61,595 nucleotides of DNA, filler included, from Candidatus Omnitrophota bacterium (GCA_043812495.1; 5 parts of 5 records of this genome joined end to end with filler, not necessarily neighbours in it), one strand, 5' to 3'. Numbered from the whole stretch's first letter, positions 27,252 to 37,957 are shown. The notes: generated by a model not told the origin, from the letters alone. Numbers and translations are program-made.

Positions 27252-27286
27252 AACAACATAACCCCTATAACAATACTTGGCACAAG

Positions 27287-27502
27287 TCAAGCTGAATCAA
27301 GGCCTTGTAAGGGCGATTCATCGCTTGGCTTAGTTCTATCAAGCAGGGCTTCAACCCGCTTTTTCCGATCCGGGCGTTCTTTTAAGAGGCCCTGGTCCTT
27401 CAAGTATTCGTATAGGCCATCGGAGAGGATGTCGATAAAACCCTCTTCCCACTGGGCCTTGTCTTTAATAGGTATATAAGTTATCTCGACTTTTTTCTTC
27501 AT
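27287..27502 (-). CDS. Small hypothetical protein upstream of the integrase
   Basis: 71-aa ORF co-oriented with the recombinase at the contig end. Confidence 0.55.
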   Translation of the reverse strand: MKKKVEITYIPIKDKAQWEEGFIDILSDGLYEYLKDQGLLKERPDRKKRVEALLDRTKPSDESPLQGLDSA

Positions 27503-27507
27503 TTGAT

Positions 27508-27607
27508 NNNNNNNNNNNNNNNNNNNNNNNNNNNNNNNNNNNNNNNNNNNNTTAATTAATTAANNNNNNNNNNNNNNNNNNNNNNNNNNNNNNNNNNNNN
27601 NNNNNNN
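27508..27607. other. Artificial contig linker
   Basis: N-run with TTAATTAATTAA. Confidence 0.98.
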
Positions 27608-30600
27608 ATAATCCAAATCTTTGCGGCAACAACAGGCTTTAATACCGCCGGCAAAGTATCCCAATCCTGCATGAATCGTTTGGAGGGGATAATGTCAAAG
27701 GATTGCTGCTGATTGGCCCGTACCATGGCGAGGACCGCCAGCGCCAAAACCAACCCTGCCACAAGATCCATTTCCCCAAACCCAAAAGGCGCGGTGAGTT
27801 CGTGGAGATTGGTTCTTGGGCTATGAATCCAATCCTGATAATTTAAGTTTGACGTAGAATCCATGGATTGGATAAGGTTGTCGACCAAGGTTTTTAAGGA
27901 AGGATCAAGCGCAAGAGCTCTATCAAGGTTTCTTTTTGCCTCCTCTCGAAGATCAGTAAATGGATACTGGACGCAGGCTAATCCATAATAGGCTTGAGCG
28001 CTGTTCGGATCGATTTCAATGGCTTTTTGAAAGCAATACAGAGCACTTCGAATATTTAAATAGTGAAAATATCCGCTCCCTTGGAATAAATATCTTCTTA
28101 AGTAAATACGCTCATATCCGTTGAGGAGACTCAATAGCTTTTGAAAGTCATCTTCGGCGCTCAAAGAATCACCTATTTCATAATGAAGAAGAGAACGCTC
28201 TAGATAAGCGCCAGCATAATGAGGATCAATGCGTATGACCTCATTTAATAATTCCCTAGCATCTTGATACAGCAAAGAGTCTCCCTCAATAGCAACCACA
28301 TCCCTTGTCATCGCGAATTTGTTTGTGCTTAAATCAAGCAAAGGTGCTGTTGCTAAAGAATCGATCTCATGCGCTTTGATTAGAAATGGTATTTTTTCTC
28401 CGGAAGGAAAATAAATAGCCTGCTGATAATACCGCATACCCTCCATTTGCCGGGAATTCAGAAGACGGATTCTCCAGTAAACTCTATTAATGAACGTAGA
28501 ATCAATAGCAACAAAATAATACCCATCGGGCTGGTACATTTTCTCAAACTCGAAAGGTTCACTTATGTTCCTATCTAAATTCAAGCCATCCGACAAATCT
28601 TCCGTTTTGTAAATAAGCTCTCCGGATAAGCCTCCTCCCATATCAAGAATCACGTATTGGCCGCTTGAAAGCCTTATGAGTTGCCCGATATGAAGCGATG
28701 TGCCTGTGCTATCGATATTAGGTACTCTAATCGTTTCTATTCCTTGAACATGAAAACCGCAAGCCCAAAGCACAGGGTCAGAGACTATGGGAACGCCTAA
28801 ACAGTGAGGATAGGCGCCTTTCATCATGTCATCCAGCTCATCGCTATACCATATGGAATCACTTAACGAGGAATTTTCTATATGGGTTTCCAAATGGAAA
28901 AGGATTGCTGCCTTGATGATATGAATATCTTTCTGGTTTCTTTCTTGCATGGACATTCCCAAGACGAAATAATGATAAAGTTCGCGCATTTCTTCGATAT
29001 CCCAATCAGCAGAATATTCAATATAGTCTTGAGCGACACTTTCAGGATAACCCATAGCCATAATACGTTCGGTCATGATTTTTCGGATTTCGTCGGTGTG
29101 CGGTGGGCTTCGAAGGAAGAAGAGTTTGGCAAAGAGAAAGAGAATGGTGACAAAAGCAGCATAGAGATAAACGCGAAGCGGGATGTGTTCTTTGAAAAAG
29201 CGAAGGAGCTTGTTTGTTTTCTTGGGAGGGGATTTGTTTTTCTTCCTATTTTTGAACCTCTTCTGTCGGCGATTTTGTTTAGCCATCGCAAAGACAAAGG
29301 CGCTCAAGATAAACAGGAGAATGCCGGCTTCCGCGGATAATCCCGATTCCAAACCAGGCGGCGTGACAACCATGTTTTGGGTGGATTCGTTCTCGCTCTT
29401 TTCGTTTTGATTCTTTTTCCGCTTTCTTTTTTGCTCATTTAAAATGCGTCGTCTGGCATCCTGATAAGCCTGGCGAAAATCCAATGGGCTGACATAGTTG
29501 GGCCTATTAACAGCAGCGACTTCGGAACTGGTGAGAGCGGGATAATGCAACTCATCTTCGCCGATCTTATTTTCGTTTTTGTTATCACCCTTTTTGCTCT
29601 TTATCATTGCAACCGCCGCAAAGCCCAAAATCATCAAAAGAATGCCTGCCTGAGCGAAAGTCGAAGGGTATTGCAGCAAAGCAGAATCAAGACCAAGGGG
29701 AGCCGTGAGAACATTCATTGAGCCGCCGGAGGACGGGTGCCTCTCTTTTTCATTGCCAACCTTGATGTTATATTTCTCCAATGCTTCAGCAAGGCTCAAG
29801 CCATCTTCCATGGCAAAAAGGACACGGTAAGAAGCTCCGATACGCCGGCCTGTTGACTCATAAATCGCTTGTCCAAGATCTTCGGCAAACCTATAAGTCC
29901 ATCGCGGTTCTACGCCCCAAGGCAACGAATACCGATGATCAAAATGCGCTTTTTCTTCCAATCTCTTCTCGAGTGTATCGATGGGGTGTCTTTGATCGTG
30001 CACCATTTTGATGATATCCGAATCCTGCCCCATTAATCTTTCTTGAATAACGCGAAGTTCCGCGAAGGCATCCATGAGCAAAGATTGATCTGAGCAGAAG
30101 CTATGAAATATCTCATGAGCAACGCTTTTTCTTAAATTAGCTTCATCATCGGTGGGTTTGATCGAAATTTTGTCATAGGACTCACCATAATCAATCCTTG
30201 CTTTTGTTCTGCGATAATCCCATATCCGATAGAGATAAGAAATCGCGTTAATAGCCCCCATGGCGAGAAAAACGGTTATCAAGACAAGTATTCCTTCACT
30301 ACAAGCCGTGCAAATCTCTTTTTTGAGAACAAGGACAAAGAAAATCAGATATAATCCTGATATTGCAACTAATATGTCAAACAGCATATCGACATAATGC
30401 CTCAAAGGAGAGGATCTTTGCCAACGAGTCAATAAAATGGGATGCGCGTTTGAAGCGAACTGATCGGCCTTAAAGCGGATTTGTTGTTCTCGGTCTTTTT
30501 TCTTCATCCCGACGCCAAGCCAGTAAGCATAGATACGCCGTACGCTTTTTTCAATTTCATCAGCGATGATTTCAGCCTCGTCCTGGTCGCGGTCAAAGCC

Positions 30601-32415
30601 GTTGTTTCGGACAGCTTGGATTCTTTGTTCCTTTGTCATCAGCATGCCCACCACCATAGCAAAGCTAAGAACTGTCGGAAGAATTCCGATTTCTCCAAAT
30701 AATCCGCAGTCCATCCCCAAAAGGCCATTAAATGTGAGTTCTGTCGATCCCTCCTTGTAGCCCTTGAAATCCACCAAAAGCGTCTTGCCATCATCAGACA
30801 CTCTCAAAGGCAAGCCAAAGACATTTAATGTCCTTTGGCCCTGGCAGAAAAGGCCCATATCTTCTTCTGGTAAGTCAGGAAACAATTTTTGCAAAGCAAC
30901 AAGATCAAACTCTCTAAAATAACCAAAATTACAATGCGGGTTTGTAAATTGGTTGATCACCCATATCGCCAAGAGCCCAATAACAAGAATCCCCACTGAT
31001 TCGAGTAATCCTATGTCCATCTGAATCGGCCAACCAAGCACGCCATTTTGCGTGCCGCTTGAGTCGGTTGAATCGTCCGGCACGGATGGGGAGGTGTTGG
31101 TTTTAGGCTTCTCAAGAATAACAATGGACGTCGGCACATAGAACGCAGTCTTACCTTCTAGTTTCATCAACCGTTCAGTTTTGTATACCCTTTGGAAAAC
31201 TTCTTCCAATCTTGATTGAAGTTCTGATGAGAGCCAATCCGTTATTTCTTTATAGCCTCTTTGCAAAATCAATTCTTTAGCGTGAAATGCATCAAAGGCA
31301 TCTAAAATGAGAATTCTGTCGCCTGGCTCCAAGAAATTGTCTAATTTCTCAAAGAATTCATCCAAATCTTTTGTCACAGAATCACGAAAGCCCTTTAATA
31401 AATATGTTTTCCTTGAAGTTGTTATCTGCGATAGCAAATCACCATATCTATCAAAATCAAGGACATCGAAACCGCTACGATAATCCAAAGGATCTGCGAA
31501 ATAATCTTCCACTTCAATTAATATGCACGCGGAGGGCAGATAATCTTCTTTGTTAAGGATAACCGTATTTACATAATGAGCTGGTAAAATATCAATACCT
31601 GCAGCCAGTAATTCCCATACAGCGTTGCTATAGTTGATTAGTCTTTGCAGATGGCCTTCTTGATCTTCCCACTCATCATCTCTTGGCTGCGAAAGCCGCT
31701 CAATTTCTCCAATAAGCTTTTCTGCTGAACCAAGAATATTTCCCCGTCCTAAAATATCTTTCGGATCCAGGGCGAGCTTAATTCTTCGCATTCCCTCAAT
31801 GCCTTCGTCGCCGACCATCAGGCGCAGGTATTCGTGTTTGTTTTTGCCGATACCGTGCTCGGCGGCCGGCGTACCGGTCAAATCAACGGCCCTTTGGACC
31901 AAGATGCTATATACTTTTTTCGCACGCACGTATTCTTTTTCTGTTTTTGGAACAAGATTGATATGGAGTTGAGGAATATGCCCCCAAATGACATAAGGAA
32001 CATTGTGCTCTTGACAGGTCGAAATAGAAAATTCAAGAAATGCGCGCACATGCTCAAAGGGCACAGCCAAGTCGGTACCCATTTTTTCGAATTTCAAACG
32101 GCGATTAACTTCTTCGGGGATTGCGTGACGCATTTCCGTAACAAGTTTCGCCTGTTTGGGGTCCTCGCTTGAATGGGATAGCCAAACAGCTTTGTCCTGC
32201 TCTAATCTGTCCTCGCCGATCAAAGACAATAAGCGCTTAACGGTTTTATGTTCGTATATATCTTCAGTCTCTTCAAAAAATTCCTGTTCAATAAGAATTG
32301 CGCAATTCGCCCAGGCGGGGATGAGCTGGACATATTGATCGCGCACCACATCAAGCGCTGAACCATCCAAATAATCAATGGCGCGGATATTGATGGCTTT
32401 GGCTTTATTTCGCAA
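27608..32415 (-). CDS. Internal fragment of a giant multi-domain membrane protein (open at both contig ends)
   Basis: About 1600 codons without a stop; FAD-oxidase C-terminal domain (AEHGIG..K..LDP), HExxH (AHEIFH), TPRs, recurring TM linkers. Confidence 0.85.
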
Positions 32416-32515
32416 NNNNNNNNNNNNNNNNNNNNNNNNNNNNNNNNNNNNNNNNNNNNTTAATTAATTAANNNNNNNNNNNNNNNNNNNNNNNNNNNNN
32501 NNNNNNNNNNNNNNN
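32416..32515. other. Artificial contig linker
   Basis: N-run with TTAATTAATTAA. Confidence 0.98.
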
Positions 32516-32543
32516 TCTTGAATATTTATTAAATTTGGCGGGA

Positions 32544-32629
32544 TGGTGGGCAAGGAGGGAGTCGAACCCTCACAGCCTTACGGCCACAGGATTTTAAGTC
32601 CTGCGTGTATGCCATTCCACCACTTGCCC
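32544..32629 (-). tRNA. tRNA-Leu(TAA)
   Basis: GGGCAAG...CAGGA-CTTAAAA-TCCTG, variable arm, ...CTTGCCCACCA. Confidence 0.95.
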
Positions 32630-32910
32630 AGTGAGCACTAAATTTATGGAGCGATAGCGATCATAAATTTATGTGCGAACTGGGTCCGCCAAAGCTAAAT
32701 ACGTTCTCCTTCGCTAAAGCTTCGGAGAACGGTCTGCGAAGTTTTAACGAAGAAGACCGTAAGTATTTAGCGAAGGCGGACCTCGTACTTTTCGTTTGAT
32801 TCTACTTCGCCCGCCATTGAATCAGTGGCGGGCTTCGTAGAATTAAATTCATGTTTTAATTTATGTTCGTCCCGCCTTCGGCGGGACTCCATAAATTAAA
32901 CATTCATTTA

Positions 32911-32950
32911 AGGCGTGGACCGGAATCGAACCGGTGAATAATGGTTTTGC
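32911..32950 (-). pseudogene. 3' half of outer tRNA-Cys
   Basis: GCAAAACCATTATTCACCGGTTCGATTCCGGTCCACGCCT. Confidence 0.85.
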
Positions 32951-32984
32951 CCCTCGCTTTTAGATTTAATACAATTCCATTTAA

Positions 32985-33056
32985 AGGCGACGACCGGAAT
33001 CGAACCGGTGAATAATGGTTTTGCAGACCACTGCCTTACCACTTGGCTACGTCGCC
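32985..33056 (-). tRNA. tRNA-Cys(GCA)
   Basis: GGCGACG...GTGGT-CTGCAAA-ACCAT...CGTCGCCT. Confidence 0.95.
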
Positions 33057-33106
33057 AAATTTATTATAAATATTCTCGCTCGGGATGCCGAGCGAAAAGC
33101 GAGGCA

Positions 33107-33138
33107 AGACCACCGCCTTACCACTTGGCTACCACGCC
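33107..33138 (-). pseudogene. 5' half of outer tRNA-Cys
   Basis: GGCGTGGTAGCCAAGTGGTAAGGCGGTGGTCT; acceptor pairs with CCACGCC of the 32911-32950 half. Confidence 0.85.
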
Positions 33139-33290
33139 GTAAAATCTCGCGTCCTTCAACGCGCCCGCCATTAATTTATTGGCAGGCTTGCTCAGGACAC
33201 TTCGCCTCGGCCGAAATACTAAAACACTGAGCGAGGCCCAACATTATGTTGGGCCGAGTCGAAGTGCTACCACGCCAATTTATTTGAAAA

Positions 33291-33836
33291 TCATTTTAAA
33301 GAGCGCATTGTTTCTTTAACGATATCTTCGACTTCGGCCAAATGTCCGATACCTTTTGTGCCGCAAGCGAGTTTTCCTTTAATGGGATCAACAAAGCGAA
33401 TGCCAATTTTTCTAAGTCTTTGAATGTTGTCCTGGACAATTTTGTTTTTATACATTTGGTCGTTCATGGCCGGCGCTATAACGATAGGCGCGCTGGCCGC
33501 CATAGCCACACAGGAAAGCAAGTCATCCGCAAGGCCGTTCGCGATTTTTCCTATCATATTGGCTGTAGCGGGCGCAATCAAAAGAACATCGGCGCTTTGC
33601 GCTAAAGGAATATGGGCTGATTCCCAAGAGTTATGGTCTTGATCAAACATTTCTCTATAAACCTTTGATCCGGTTAGTGTTGCGAATGTTAAAGGCGTCA
33701 CGAATTGCTCGGCTTCTTTTGTCATAATCACGCTCACTTCAATGTTTTTGTCCTGAAGTCGACGAATGATCTCGCAAGCCTTATACGCCGCGATGCCGCC
33801 CGTCACACCCAATATCACTTTTTTTACTTTGACCAC
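33291..33836 (-). CDS. coaC: Phosphopantothenoylcysteine decarboxylase (stand-alone CoaC domain)
   Basis: GVTGGIAAYK, APATAN, APAMN, LACG..G.G. Confidence 0.88.
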   Translation of the reverse strand: MVKVKKVILGVTGGIAAYKACEIIRRLQDKNIEVSVIMTKEAEQFVTPLTFATLTGSKVYREMFDQDHNSWESAHIPLAQSADVLLIAPATANMIGKIANGLADDLLSCVAMAASAPIVIAPAMNDQMYKNKIVQDNIQRLRKIGIRFVDPIKGKLACGTKGIGHLAEVEDIVKETMRSLK

Positions 33837-34090
33837 TATGTTTTTTCCTTGCCTTTTTCTTTGGTCTTTTCTTTCCCGGCTTCGCGCTGCGTTGCTACTT
33901 CTTTGAGCTCGACTTTGCCTTCTAAAATCTCATCGAGCGCAATGGTTGTGGCTTTATTCGAAGATGGAAAATCAATTAATTTTGGCATACCATCCGCTAT
34001 TTCCGTGGCTCGCTTCGAAGCCAAAAGGACAAGCTTGAAAATACTCATGTTGGCTCTGGGTAATAATTTTTCTATTGGTTGATACGCCAT
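33836..34090 (-). CDS. rpoZ: RNA polymerase omega subunit
   Basis: LVLLASKRA, TIALDEI; lies between gmk and coaC. Confidence 0.88.
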   Translation of the reverse strand: MAYQPIEKLLPRANMSIFKLVLLASKRATEIADGMPKLIDFPSSNKATTIALDEILEGKVELKEVATQREAGKEKTKEKGKEKT

Positions 34091-34104
34091 CGACCCTCCC
34101 TTTC

Positions 34105-34234
34105 AATGAGGCCCGCACTTATGGATCCGCCACGAATTATGGCGGAGAACATAAGTGCAAGGACGAATTGACCCCCGCGCCAATTATGAAATAATTGGTG
34201 TGGGGGATCAAACAAATACAATTATTATATTTCC
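34105..34234 (+). repeat. AATGAG/CGAATT element, copy E
   Basis: AATGAG..GCACTTATG..CATAAGTGC..CGAATTGA-CCCCC..GGGGG-ATCAAACAAATACAATTATTATATTTCC. Confidence 0.85.
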
Positions 34235-34259
34235 TTTATCCTATCCTAAAGTTTGTTTT

Positions 34260-34832
34260 CTATTTTTTAATTTCACGCTCAACAATGGTCTCTAAGCGCT
34301 TAAGGGCGCTCGGCAGATGAGCATTCACGACGACATAATCATAATGCCGCGCCTCTTTCATTTCTTTGCGGGCGACTTTGAGGCGAAGCGCTAGAGTCTT
34401 TTTTGTTTCCGATTTTCTTTTGTTTAGCCGCTTAGCTAATTCTTTCATCGACGGGGCCGTAATGAATATCTTGACGGCATCCGGGAAGCAGCGGCTCACG
34501 GTTTTCGCGCCCTTGACGTCAATGCATAAAAGAACGTTTTTTTTCTTTGCTAATAAATCCCGCACGCCTTTTTTGGGCGTGGCATAATCATGATCAAAAA
34601 CCTTTTCGGATTCGAGAAACCGGCCTTTTTTCTTTTGAACAAAATACTCTTTTTGGCTTATAAATAAATAATCGCGGCCATGGCGTTCGTTTCTTCGTCG
34701 AGGCCGCGTCGTCACAGAAACCGATTTTACCAGTTTTCCTTTCAGGCGTCTAGCGCAAAGTAGTCTTTTGTGTAAGGTTGTCTTACCCGAACCGGAAGGG
34801 CCAGAGAGGATAATGATTTTGCCCTTGCTCAT
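34260..34832 (-). CDS. gmk: Guanylate kinase
   Basis: SGPSGSGKTT, SVTTRPRR..E.HGRDY, IDVKGA. Confidence 0.95.
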   Translation of the reverse strand: MSKGKIIILSGPSGSGKTTLHKRLLCARRLKGKLVKSVSVTTRPRRRNERHGRDYLFISQKEYFVQKKKGRFLESEKVFDHDYATPKKGVRDLLAKKKNVLLCIDVKGAKTVSRCFPDAVKIFITAPSMKELAKRLNKRKSETKKTLALRLKVARKEMKEARHYDYVVVNAHLPSALKRLETIVEREIKK

Positions 34833-34867
34833 GCTTGATTTAAACTATGGGCGTCACAAGTCATCAT

Positions 34868-35689
34868 TTATTCGATATTTTGCGCCTGCTCACGTAATTT
34901 TTCGATCTCTGTTTTTAAAGCAATAACGGCCTTGGACACGATCCGATCTGGAAGCTTGGAGCCCATCGTGTTGGTTTCGCGCTGCATTTCTTGAGCGATA
35001 AAATCTAACTTCTTCCCTACGGCCCCATCCTGCTGGATCAATCCTTTGAATTCCTCAATATGATGAACTAATCGTGAAATCTCTTCGTTGATATCACTGC
35101 TTTTGAGAAAGGACAGCAATTCGTCTTCTTTCAGAACTTTCTTTCTTGCTTGAGCAATTTCTCTTGCTCTTTTTTGTATCCTTTTTATCTGCAATGACAT
35201 GTGTTTTAGTAGTATTCTTATGTCTTTGCCGAGGCTCTTTCCTTCGCTTGTGCGCATCGTCACAACGCTTTGCAGAGCCTTATGGACTCCTTGCTGGATA
35301 GCCGGCCAAAGTTTCTCGGGTTCCATGGCTGTTTCTTTCAATTCGACAACCCCGGGAAGTTGAATGATTTCGGTTAAAGATAAATTCCCCTTGAGATGAA
35401 GATCGTTTCTGAGTGTCTTGGCCTGGCGAAGATAAGCGCGGGCCGCTTCCTTATTAAAGCCAACCACGCTTTGGGGTTTATCCATGATTTTGAGGGAAAC
35501 GGTCAACCGTCCCCTGGATATCTTTTTTTGTAATATCTCTTTGATTTTGCTTTCGGCAAAAGCAAATCCCGACGGCAGAAAGTAAGCGATGTCCATATAC
35601 CGATGATTGACGCTTCGAATTTCAACGCATCCTTTTGTTTGTCCATAATGAATACTGGCTCGGCCGAAACCGGTCATTCCCTTAATCAT
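34868..35689 (-). CDS. yicC: YicC/YloC family endoribonuclease
   Basis: MTGFGR, RSVNHRY, GKKLDFIAQEMQRETNT.GSK, REQAQNIE. Confidence 0.93.
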   Translation of the reverse strand: MIKGMTGFGRASIHYGQTKGCVEIRSVNHRYMDIAYFLPSGFAFAESKIKEILQKKISRGRLTVSLKIMDKPQSVVGFNKEAARAYLRQAKTLRNDLHLKGNLSLTEIIQLPGVVELKETAMEPEKLWPAIQQGVHKALQSVVTMRTSEGKSLGKDIRILLKHMSLQIKRIQKRAREIAQARKKVLKEDELLSFLKSSDINEEISRLVHHIEEFKGLIQQDGAVGKKLDFIAQEMQRETNTMGSKLPDRIVSKAVIALKTEIEKLREQAQNIE

Positions 35690-36189
35690 GCCCACACCTT
35701 CTTTTTGACGTTGTCCAAAATGGTTTCTTTTGTTGGGTAGAGATCGACGATGATTTCGGACGGCTCAAACCACAGCTTGATCTCTCGCTCTGCTTCTTTC
35801 GCTTCGGATGAAACATGGATCACATTTTCGTAGACACCGCTTGTCTTGATGCGGCCGTATTGCCCGCGGATGCTGATGGATTCGGCCTCTTCGGGATTTG
35901 TTTTTCCCACTAATTGCCGGCATTTATTAATGGCGTCTTCTCCCCAATACACCATGGCCATGACCTTCTTTCTCTCGTGATATTCTCCTGTGATGTATTT
36001 GATAAGGTCAGGATAAAAAGGTTTGTCCTTAAGCTGAATGTAGTGTTGTTCCGCTAGCTCGCGAGAGACGCGAACCATGCGCGCGGCCACGATTTCCAGT
36101 TTTGTTTCAGAGAGACGAGTCAAAATATTTCCGGTTAAAGATTTCGCAAGCCCGTCAGGCTTGATGAGAATTAATGTTTGTTTGTTCAT
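35686..36189 (-). CDS. ndk: Nucleoside diphosphate kinase
   Basis: TLILIKPDG, GKTNP, SIRGQY, NVIHVS. Confidence 0.92.
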   Translation of the reverse strand: MNKQTLILIKPDGLAKSLTGNILTRLSETKLEIVAARMVRVSRELAEQHYIQLKDKPFYPDLIKYITGEYHERKKVMAMVYWGEDAINKCRQLVGKTNPEEAESISIRGQYGRIKTSGVYENVIHVSSEAKEAEREIKLWFEPSEIIVDLYPTKETILDNVKKKVWA

Positions 36190-37022
36190 TTTTTGATCAA
36201 CTCCGTCAGCCGCTCCAAGTCTTCCGGGGAATAGTATTCAATGATAATCTTCCCATTTTTCTTTTTATGATCGATGCGGACCTTTGTGCCCAATGTTCGC
36301 TGAAGGTCTTCTTCTGTGGCGCGCACATAAGGATCTTTCGCTTGAGCTGTTTTACGTGTCTTTGCTGTTGTGCCCAGCTCTCGTTTGATACTGTTTTCCA
36401 GCTCGCGGACAGATAATCCTTTTTTTATTGTTTTGTCAAAAAAACTTTTTTGTTTTTGAGGATTGTCCAGGCTCAACAATGATCGCGCATGGCCCATGGA
36501 AATAATGTTGCTGGAAATGCTTTGCTGAATTTCCAATGGCAACTTGAGCAACCGGAGAATATTGGTAATCGTTGTCCGGTCTTTCCCAACTGATTGTGCT
36601 ACAACATCTTGCGTATATTGAAATTCGTTAATCAGCCGTTTGTAGGCATTGGCTTCTTCAATCGCATTCAATTCCTCTCGTTGAATATTCTCAACCAGGG
36701 CAAGTACCAATGCCTCTTGATCTGTGGCAGACTTAATAATGACCGGCATATCGTCCATGCCCAGTTCTCGCGCAGCTCTCAATCTTCTTTCGCCTGCGAT
36801 AATTTCAAAACCATCGTCTCTTTTTCTCACTAAGATTGGCTGAAGAACGCCCTTCTCCTTGATCGATGCAATCAAATCTTCGAGCTTCTTCGGATCATAA
36901 TCTTGACGAGGCTGAAGCGAGCTGTCCTTGATTTGCGCTGTCTTTAAATACATGACGCCTTCGGATTTTTCTTGATCCGGAATAAGTGCGGCCAAACCTT
37001 TGCCTAGTGCTTTGCCTTCCAT
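36186..37022 (-). CDS. parB: Chromosome partitioning protein ParB
   Basis: ALGKGL, IIAGERRLRA, LVENIQRE. Confidence 0.96.
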   Translation of the reverse strand: MEGKALGKGLAALIPDQEKSEGVMYLKTAQIKDSSLQPRQDYDPKKLEDLIASIKEKGVLQPILVRKRDDGFEIIAGERRLRAARELGMDDMPVIIKSATDQEALVLALVENIQREELNAIEEANAYKRLINEFQYTQDVVAQSVGKDRTTITNILRLLKLPLEIQQSISSNIISMGHARSLLSLDNPQKQKSFFDKTIKKGLSVRELENSIKRELGTTAKTRKTAQAKDPYVRATEEDLQRTLGTKVRIDHKKKNGKIIIEYYSPEDLERLTELIKK

Positions 37023-37023
37023 T

Positions 37024-37881
37024 TTATCCTCCAGATTCCATAACAGTCATATTTTCGGAATTTTCTTTTGACAACTCCGCCGATTCTGATTCTTCAACAT
37101 TTATTGTTTCTTTGGATTCAATATATTGCCCGAGGAATTCCCTTGCAAATTCATCGTATTTCTTTGATCCAATAGAACTTCTATCATAAATAGTAATAGG
37201 CTTCCCAAAGCTGGGCGCTTCGCTTAATTTAACATTTCGAGGAATGATTGTTTTATAAACCTTGTCTCTAAAATATTTTTTTATCTCATTAATGACTTCA
37301 TTTGTCAAATTGGTTCTGAAATCAGCCATAGTCAATAGAACGCCTTCTATCTCAAGAGAAGAATTTAGGTTATTTTTTATAAGATTAATAGTCTTAATGA
37401 GTTGCGAAACTCCTTCAAGTGCATAAAACTCACATTGGATAGGAATAATAATAGAATCGCTTGCAACAAAGGAATTCAGCGTAAGAAGACTTAATGAAGG
37501 CGGGGAGTCAATAAAAATATAATCATATTGGTCGCGAATATTGTCCAATGATTTTTTCAGGCGACTTTCTCTTGACAGGGCGCCAACGAGCTCTATCTCG
37601 GCTCCTGTCAAGTTTATATTACATGGGGCTATGTCTAATCCTTGAATTTCAGTTTGGACAATAATTTCATTTATATTAATTTGGTCAATAAGAACTTCGT
37701 AAATTGATTTTTTTATTGTATTTTTGTTGACTCCAACACCGCTTGTTGCATTTCCTTGAGGATCGATATCAACCAACAGTATTTTCTTTCCAAGAATAGC
37801 CAAGTTCGATGACAAATTAACCGCTGTGGTTGTTTTTCCTGTCCCTCCTTTTTGATTACAGATGGAAACTATTCTGCTCAT
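37024..37881 (-). CDS. parA: Chromosome partitioning ATPase ParA/Soj
   Basis: NQKGGTGKTT, DIDPQGNAT, EAPSFG. Confidence 0.96.
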   Translation of the reverse strand: MSRIVSICNQKGGTGKTTTAVNLSSNLAILGKKILLVDIDPQGNATSGVGVNKNTIKKSIYEVLIDQININEIIVQTEIQGLDIAPCNINLTGAEIELVGALSRESRLKKSLDNIRDQYDYIFIDSPPSLSLLTLNSFVASDSIIIPIQCEFYALEGVSQLIKTINLIKNNLNSSLEIEGVLLTMADFRTNLTNEVINEIKKYFRDKVYKTIIPRNVKLSEAPSFGKPITIYDRSSIGSKKYDEFAREFLGQYIESKETINVEESESAELSKENSENMTVMESGG

Positions 37882-37894
37882 TGACTATAGGTAA

Positions 37895-37910
37895 TGTTTC
37901 ACGTGGAACA
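37895..37910. promoter_or_regulatory. parS site
   Basis: TGTTTCACGTGGAACA, 14 bp upstream of parA. Confidence 0.88.
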
Positions 37911-37957
37911 TTGGTTTTAGTTATTTAATCCTATTTTATTTGATTAATTCAAATAAA

